From Octopus vulgaris (lineage: Eukaryota), in assembly GCA_951406725.2 (NCBI GenBank), contig OX597836.1:5642001-5706000 (forward strand): 64,000 nt of DNA, read 5' to 3'. The translations under genes and the position numbers were made by a program. This document shows positions 55,962-64,000 of this stretch, piece after piece; positions within the stretch are counted from its first letter, which is position 1, and each line of letters starts with the position of its first letter. A model generated the notes under the pieces. It searched no databases. It was not told the origin of the DNA and saw only the letters and a list, made by a program, of their open reading frames with translations.

Positions 55962-56362
55962 AGGTGGGGGAACTGGCAGAATCGTTAGCACTCCGGGTGA
56001 AATGCGTAGCCGTATTTCGTCTGTCGCTACCTTCCGAGTTCAAATTCCGCCGAGGTTGACTTTGCCTTTCATCCCTTTCGAGGTCGATTAAATAAGTACC
56101 AGTTACGCACTGGATTCGCTATAATCGACTTAATCCGTTTGTCTGTCCTTGTTTGTCCTCTATGTGTTTAGCCCCTTGTGGGTAGTAAAGAAATACGTAT
56201 TCCGTCTGTCTTTACGTTCTGAGTTCAAATTCCGCCAAGGTCGATTTTGCCTTTCATCCTTTCGGAGTCAATAAATTAAGTACCAGTTGCACACTGGGGT
56301 CGATCTAACCGACTGGCCCCCTCCCCCAAAATTTCGGGCCTTGTGCCTAGAGTAGAAAAGAA
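55962..56362 (+). mobile_element. SINE family A, dimeric form
   Basis: Head, two cores, tail type 1 followed by tail type 2. Confidence 0.9.
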
Positions 56363-56400
56363 TATTCTAAAGGGGGTGAGCTAGCGGAATCGGCAGCACG

Positions 56401-56800
56401 TAATGCAAGTAATTCTTCAACGAGTTTGTCATCAAACTCAACTGGACGTCCTGTTTGATCTTCATCTTCAAGGCTGAAATCTCCACTTCTGAATTTTGCA
56501 AACCATCTTCTGCAAGTTCTTTCATTCAAGCATCATTCTTTCCCATAAACTGAGTGTATGTTTCGAATCGCTTCGGCTGCAGAGTTTCCTTTTTTGTACT
56601 CATAAAGCATTATGTTCCTCAAATGCTCTTTGGATACTTCCATGTTAAAAAGTGTTTTAATCAAAGACATTTTAAGTCTATTATTCTGTAAAATAATATT
56701 TAATTAGTTTAAATGTACACAAATGCATAAAAATAATTTTTAATTCCATTAGACATTCTACAATACTATTTAAAAAAGGTAAAAATCGGACAAAATTTAT
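56401..56800 (-). mobile_element. Mariner 5' fragment (N-terminal HTH of transposase, pseudogenised)
   Basis: ATG at 56643: MEVSKEHLRNIMLYEYKKGNSAAEAIRNIHSVYGKE*CLNERTCRRWFAKFRSGDFSLEDEDQTGRPVEFDD; one in-frame stop, truncated. Confidence 0.9.
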
Positions 56801-57372
56801 TATCAATTATGAGACCTGTTCTGGAAAATCGTGAAATATAAAATCCTTGGCGCATTCGTTGGGGGTCATATTTAAATACAAATTAGCTACACTCTCCATT
56901 TCTTGTATTGTTCTTTCCATTGTATCAGTATTCTTCTTCGTAACTGGATTAAGATCATGTAACACACACATTCTTGCATCTCTACACAGTTTCCAAAAAC
57001 ACCAGAAAATGTTTATTTGCTGATATCTATAGGTAAGTGTTTATATGTGCTACAAAGAACCTGTTGGTTTCTAACACGGAAGAGGTGGCAATTACTCCGA
57101 AACTGAGGTGTCTAGTCGTCCACTCATATCTCTTTGTATTTTTCTGGTTTAAACATATCTTCTATAAACGAATAATCGCTCTTCGATATGATACCTTATA
57201 TCCACGTGCAATTTTCAGGTTTACGTGTGAAAGAAAGTGATAAGAAGGGCAACACCAATATATCTACATCCATTTCCGAATATCTATCCGTCAATCACTC
57301 TCTACGCCTCTGCATTTCTGTCCTCTTTCTCTCTCTCTCTCTCACACTCTCTCTCTCTCTCTCTCACACACA

Positions 57373-57404
<32 letters not shown>

Positions 57405-57437
57405 ACTGCACCTCTCTCTCACTCAATCACTAACTCA

Positions 57438-57489
<52 letters not shown>

Positions 57490-57494
57490 GTCTG

Positions 57495-57617
<123 letters not shown>

Positions 57618-57646
57618 ATATAGATATAGATATATATCAGTGTTTA

Positions 57647-57749
<103 letters not shown>

Positions 57750-57903
57750 AAGCATGGGTGTGCGTGTAATGGACACATTTTATCAAAAATTAGCTGAGTC
57801 AACACCTCCAAAAATATCACCTGCCAAACCTGCATAAAGTATTCAAGAAGAGAAAGCTGTGTTAAAACTCAATTAGGTGCTCAAATGTGGCGTAGTGTGT
57901 TCG

Positions 57904-57945
<42 letters not shown>

Positions 57946-58058
57946 GGTCTGCGTTACTGTGCACGAGCGAATTGAGAGATTTAACCGCTAGTTTATATAA
58001 CGATACGAAAAATTGTGCTTTATAGAAAATCTATGACAATATATTTCACGCACGTACA

Positions 58059-58106
<48 letters not shown>

Positions 58107-58171
58107 GACATACACACACACATATACCCACATACACACATACATACATATATGTAAACATGCACACACAT

Positions 58172-58217
<46 letters not shown>

Positions 58218-58361
58218 TGATAAAACGGTAAGATAACAAAAGAAAGAAAGAGACCTCAATATTATGTAAATAGAGGAAATATATATATATATATATACAT
58301 ATATATACACATATATATATACATTATAGAGAGAGAGAGAAAGAGAGAGAGTTAGAGAGAC

Positions 58362-58392
<31 letters not shown>

Positions 58393-58420
58393 TAGATAGA
58401 TAGATAGATAGATAGATAGG

Positions 58421-58456
<36 letters not shown>

Positions 58457-58577
58457 AAGAAAGATAGAGGGATAGTCAGATAAATAGATAGATAAATGGA
58501 TTATATATATATCATATATTTGTGCGCACACACATATATGTATGTACGTATATGTATATGTATACGCATACATATAT

Positions 58578-58631
<54 letters not shown>

Positions 58632-59181
58632 CATGCACACTTTTACACATACATGCATATAAGCATATCACAGGTTGCATTGAAATTTACGATGCTAAAT
58701 TCTCTGCACAAATGTCACAAAAACCTAAATATTCGAAAAGAGCACACATACAGAACGATAATCTATGTCAGCAGACACAAATATATATCAATGTATATGT
58801 ATAAAGACTTATACATACACGCCTGTTATAATATATACACAAGCACATTCATATACACACACGTACATCATAGGGCATGTCATACGTATACACGAAAACC
58901 TAATTACATACATATGTGTATGGATGTGCTTATGCGAGCAGATATTCGTGTGCTCGGGTATGGCTGTGTCTTCATCCGTGTATGATCATACACGAATATT
59001 CATTACGATGTTAAAACATTCGAACATGAATGCCTTAATAACTTAATCTTTTGTAATCCATTTGATCCACGGAAAGAATATGGAAATTTTGGAAAAATAT
59101 ATACACGAAGCAAACGTAATTTCAAAACTCTGAAATTGTGCTCCGTATTGAGAATGTGTATTGGTAGAGCAGCTCTCACAG

Positions 59182-59226
<45 letters not shown>

Positions 59227-59283
59227 TGTGTGTGTCAATGCAGTCATTCGTACAAAATGCTCTGCGTATGTATGTATGTATAT

Positions 59284-60063
59284 TACTCTTTTATTCTTTT
59301 ATTTGTTTCAGTCATTTGACTGCGGCCATGCTGGAGCACCGCCTTTAATCGAGTAACTCGACCCCGGGACTTATTCTTTTGTAAGCCCAGTACGTATTCT
59401 ATCGGTCTCTTTAACCGAACCGCTAAGTAACGGGGACATAAACACACCAGCATCGGTTGTCAAGCAGTGCTAGGGGGACAAACACAGACACACAAACGCA
59501 CACACGCATACATATATATATACATATATGTATACGACAGGCTTCTATCAGTTTCCGTCTACCAAATCCACTCACAAGGCATTGGTCGGCCCGGGGCTAT
59601 AGCAGAAGACACTTGCCCAAGATGCCACGCAGTGGGACTGAACCCGGAACCATGTGGTTGGTTAGCAAATATATGACATTTATATATATATATACATATA
59701 TATATACATATATGTATACGACAGGCTTCTATCAGTTTCCGTCTACCAAATCCACTCACAAGGCATTGGTCGGCCCGGGGCTATAGCAGAAGACACTTGC
59801 CCAAGATGCCACGCAGTGGGACTGAACGCGGAACCATGTGGTTGGTTAGCAAATATATGACATTTATATATATATATACATATATATATACATATATGAA
59901 TACGACAGTCTTCTATCAGTTTCCGTCTACCAAATCCACTCACAAGGCATTGGTCGGCCCGGGGCTATAGCAGAAGACACTTGCCCAAGATGCCACGCAG
60001 TGGGACTGAACCCGGAACCATGTGGTTGGTTAGCAAGCTACTTACCACACAGCCACTCCTGCG
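59284..60063 (-). mobile_element. SINE family B with tandem triplication (184-bp period) of the 5' module
   Basis: Units start at 59531, 59715 and 59899. Confidence 0.92.
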
Positions 60064-60149
60064 TAGAAACACATGCATATGAAGATCAACCACATGAATC
60101 TCTCATCTCTGAAAACGGAGGAAATAATCAAAAACCCAACGAAGTCCAT

Positions 60150-60248
60150 AGAAGGTTTAGCTTAATGGTCTCAGCCGGTATGCGAACCGGTATGTGAGAG
60201 CACTCCGTCTGTATGAGAGAGGTACAGGTTCGATTCCCATACCTTCCA
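60150..60248 (+). tRNA. Degenerate tRNA-like sequence (Ala-like body, TGT at the anticodon position) with a 27-nt D-loop insertion
   Basis: Acceptor GAAGGT/ACCTTC, D-stem GCTT/GAGC, A-box TAGCTTAATGG, T-loop GGTTCGATTCC, TTTT at about 60258. Anticodon and T stems each have two mismatches. Confidence 0.55.
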
Positions 60249-60654
60249 GCTGGCAACTTTTATTTAGGTGCAGACATCACTGTGTGGTAAGAAGCTTTCT
60301 TCACAATCACGTGGTTCGGAGTTCAGTCCCACTGCGTAGCACTTTGAGTTAGTGTCTTCACCTGTAGCCTCGGGACGACCCAGGCCTTCGTAGTGGACAG
60401 ACAGAATACGTGGCAGGCATAAACCATTCACTCAACGACGCTAACCAACTCGCACTCCGTCGGTTTACGACGACAACGGTTCCAGTTGATTCGATCCATG
60501 GAACAGCCTCCTCGTGTAATTAATGTGCAAGTGGCTGAGCACTCCACAGACAGTCACGTGATACCAGTTCTATATTTAAGAGATGAGAAATTATGTACAT
60601 TATCGATGAGGTGTGCAACGAAATCACACATTCACTGTCAGTAATTCTTCCTTT

Positions 60655-61044
60655 ATTACTTTATTCTTTAACTTGCTTCAGTCATTTGACTGCGGCCATG
60701 CTGGAGCACCGCATTTAGTCGAGCAAATCGATCCCAGTACTTATTCTTTGTAAGCTTAGTACTTATTCTATCGGTCTCTTTAGCCGAACCGTTAAGTTAC
60801 GGTGACGTAAACACACCAGCATCGGTTGTCAAGCGATGATGGTGAGATAAACACAGACGCACAAACATATACACACACACACACGCATATATATATATAT
60901 ATACATATATACGACGGGCTTCTTTCAGTTTCCGTCTACCAAATCCACTGACAAGGCTTTGGTCGGCCCGAGGCTATAGTAGAAGACACTTGCCCAAGTT
61001 GCCACGCTGTGGGACTGAACCCAGAACCATGTGGTTGGTAAGCA
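60655..61044 (-). mobile_element. SINE family B
   Basis: Both modules with internal (CA)n(TA)n; head truncated. Confidence 0.88.
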
Positions 61045-61544
61045 GGCTGATAAGTTATACGAAAATAAAAACGGAGTAATTCGGGGTTCTAACCTACAGC
61101 CTACATTCGCGAGGTTCTGTACGATTACAATAGAAAACAAGTTAATAGCAATACATGAATATACGATTTATATAATTATACAATGCGACTGAGTAATATG
61201 ATCGTTATAGTATGGAGACTGAAAGATGTCAAGAGGCACAAAGAATGGTTACAAAACAACATTATTCGACAAATTCTATATCAAAAACGTTTGAAATAAA
61301 AACGTATAGAGATACCATAACAACGTTTTAGATATTGTAACTAGTCAACGAATAAATAGACCGACTCATAGAATAATATATTAACAAATACAACGCTATG
61401 AATATATAAAACATCACAGCTATTAAAATACATAAAAAATAAATGTTATTGCATGAATCAAATGCGTTGTAAGTTGTAAAATAGACGGGGAAAAGAAACA
61501 AGACAAAACTGCATAGAATCATAGGTTAACATTAATAATACGAT

Positions 61545-61935
61545 TTCAAATTTTTTCACAAGGCCAGCAATTTTGTGGTAGTGTTAAGTCGATCATTTCG
61601 ACGCCAGTATTTGAGCGGTATTAATTAAATCGTTCTCGGCAGGTTGAAAGGCAAAGACGTCTTCGGCGGAATTGAACTCAGAGCACGAAGACAGATGAAA
61701 ATGGAAATTATATATATTTGGTTTGGAAATTTAGAGCAGGGTCAGCAATTTTCAACAGAATGAGTTATATCGATTGCATTGATCCTCGATACTTGATTGA
61801 TAGCTATTTTATCGACCCCGAAAGGATACAGGGCAAAGACGACCTCGGCGGGATTTGAACTCAGAAAGTAATGACGGACGAGATGGCGCCATGCATTTTG
61901 TCCGGCGTGCTAACGATTCTGCCAGCTTACCGCTC
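61545..61935 (-). mobile_element. Two degenerate SINE family A copies
   Basis: ggcaaagacg..ctcggcgg.att.gaactcaga present twice. Confidence 0.7.
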
Positions 61936-62227
61936 ACCTAACACTAATATTATACCACGCAATGCTCACAAGCACAACATCGTGAACATGCATGCATACA
62001 TACATATATACATACATACATACACACACATACTCATACTCACACACACATAGATAAATACATATATACATACCCACATACATACACACACATACGCACA
62101 TACATACGTATATACATACATACACACATACACGCACATGTACGTACGTACATACGTACATACATACATACATACATACATACATACATACATACATACA
62201 TACATACATACATACGTAGTACATACA

Positions 62228-62550
62228 CTGGCACTCCGTCAGTTGCGACGACGAGGGTCTTAGTTGATCCGAACAACAGGACATCCTGCTCGTGAAACTA
62301 ACATGCAAGTGGCTGAGCACTCCACAGACACGTTTGCCCTTAACGCAATTCTCAGGGACATTCAGCGTGACACAGAATGTAACAAAGTTGGCCCTTTGAA
62401 ATACAGGTACTACGCATTTTTGAAGCTGCGTGGACAGGAACAATGGGAAATAAAGGGCCTTGCTGAAGAACACAACAAACACGTGGCCGGGATTTGAACT
62501 TATGACCTTACGATCGGGAGCTGAAAATGCTAACCACTAAGCAACGTGCC
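62228..62550 (-). mobile_element. SINE family D
   Basis: Collinear with 3729-4062. Confidence 0.82.
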
Positions 62551-63463
62551 TATACATACATAGATAGAAATCCCAGCATTTAAGGAGCTTTTTAATACAT
62601 GTTTACCTTGTCCTAGAAGGAATTCTAATGAGAATTAAGGGCTCCTTCTCTCTCATTGATTCGTGTAGCTGGGGGCTTTAACAGATGTTACTACTTCGAG
62701 TCAACGTAGTAGAGCTTGGAACAGTAATGGTAAAGAAGTGGCTCACACATACGCATACAAAACATACTTGGTATGCACGTACATGTGTGTGTGCTTGTGC
62801 ATGCGTCTGTGCGTGTGCGTACGTGTGGATGTGTGTTAACGTGTGTGCGTGTGTGTAGTTTGACTTCAAGTTTCACCCATTTAGTAGAACTGAAGCCATT
62901 TAGTAGAACTTGAAATCCCGGTGAAAATTATTTCCTTTTTGTTTCTTTTCTATATACAGTTTTGTCTCTTGTTTTCCTTATTTCGTTTCTCCATAAATAA
63001 ATGAACATTGTTTATGCATAAAATATCTTTAGAATAACACCCCTTATATGTAACAGACTTTACGAAACCCAATTTGACGTAGAAATGTTAGAAAAGTCGT
63101 TTAAGGAACAGCCCTCAACTAGGTCGCATTCCAATGCCAGCAATATGTAAAAAAAAACTAATAATAATAATAATGATGATGATGAGGATGATGATGATGA
63201 TGATGATGATGATGTGGATGATGATGATAAATAAATAGATAAATAAATAATTTTAAAAACAGAACATAATAAATAATGTAAAGCAGTAATGAGGGAGATT
63301 TGCAGTTCCGGGAATCATTTGACCGGAATTGGTAACTTTACTTTTGTGCTTTGCAGAAGGTTAAAAGGTAAGGTTTACCACAGAAAAATTTGACCTTAGG
63401 TCAGAATTCATGGAACCAGAACAAATAATACGAACCGTTCTAACAATTTTGCCAGTCCACCGC

Positions 63464-63549
<86 letters not shown>

Positions 63550-63639
63550 CTGTGTGTGTGTATGTATATGTATGTATATATATATATATATCTGCACACA
63601 CACATATATAAGCATACAGATATAAACATGTGTATTATG

Positions 63640-63858
63640 TGTGTGTGTTTGTGTTTCTCCCACCACTGGTTGACAGCCGGTGTGAGGGTGTTTACGTCCC
63701 CGTAACTTAGCAGTTCGGCAAAAGACACCGATAGAATACATACCAGGTTTTGAACTAAACAATACATATATATATATACTGGTGTCGACACATTTGACAA
63801 AATAAAAATTATTTTTTAAAACGGTGCTCCTGCATGGCCGCAGTCTAATGACTGAAAA
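63640..63858 (+). mobile_element. SINE family B, 3' half
   Basis: gtttacgtccccgtaacttagcagttcggcaaaagac...gcatggccgcagtc. Confidence 0.8.
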
Positions 63859-64000
63859 AAACTATTATGCATTTATTTTTTTCTAAAATAATCCTACAGA
63901 GGCCTTAAAAGAATGTGTAAGTCTCCCAAGGAATATTTACGGGTTAGGAGCAAGAGTGATATCAACGATAGTAACAGCAACAACAAGAACGAGAAGAACA

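Noticed and set aside
57077-57112. CGGAAGA...CCGAAAC...GTC hammerhead-like string
   Set aside because: It has a core mismatch and poor stems I and II; too degenerate to call.
59531-60063. CRISPR-like or prokaryotic system
   Set aside because: The repeats are SINE-derived with identical intervening sequence; there are no unique spacers, cas genes or prokaryotic gene density anywhere in the window.

Overview
Eukaryotic, AT-rich, repeat-saturated window with no intact protein-coding gene visible. Almost all ORFs in the supplied track are microsatellite read-throughs. The repeat families and extreme microsatellite load look like a cephalopod (Octopus-like) genome; this is inference from recall, not a database result. 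The window holds four families of tRNA-headed SINEs (labelled A-D here), decayed LINE fragments (RTE-like and CR1/L2-like), several Tc1/mariner remnants, two non-autonomous Helitron-like elements, palindromic MITE-like units, and several Penelope-type repeats carrying minimal hammerhead-ribozyme-like cores. The most interesting non-repeat signals are: a 24-nt microexon candidate (50772-50795, +); a tRNA-like gene with a hairpin inserted in the D-loop (60150-60248); a 400-bp segment with 19 TGCA words (216-611); a dense transcription-factor motif cluster (39376-39491); and a 226-nt foldback (12565-12790). Boundaries were read by eye and are approximate.
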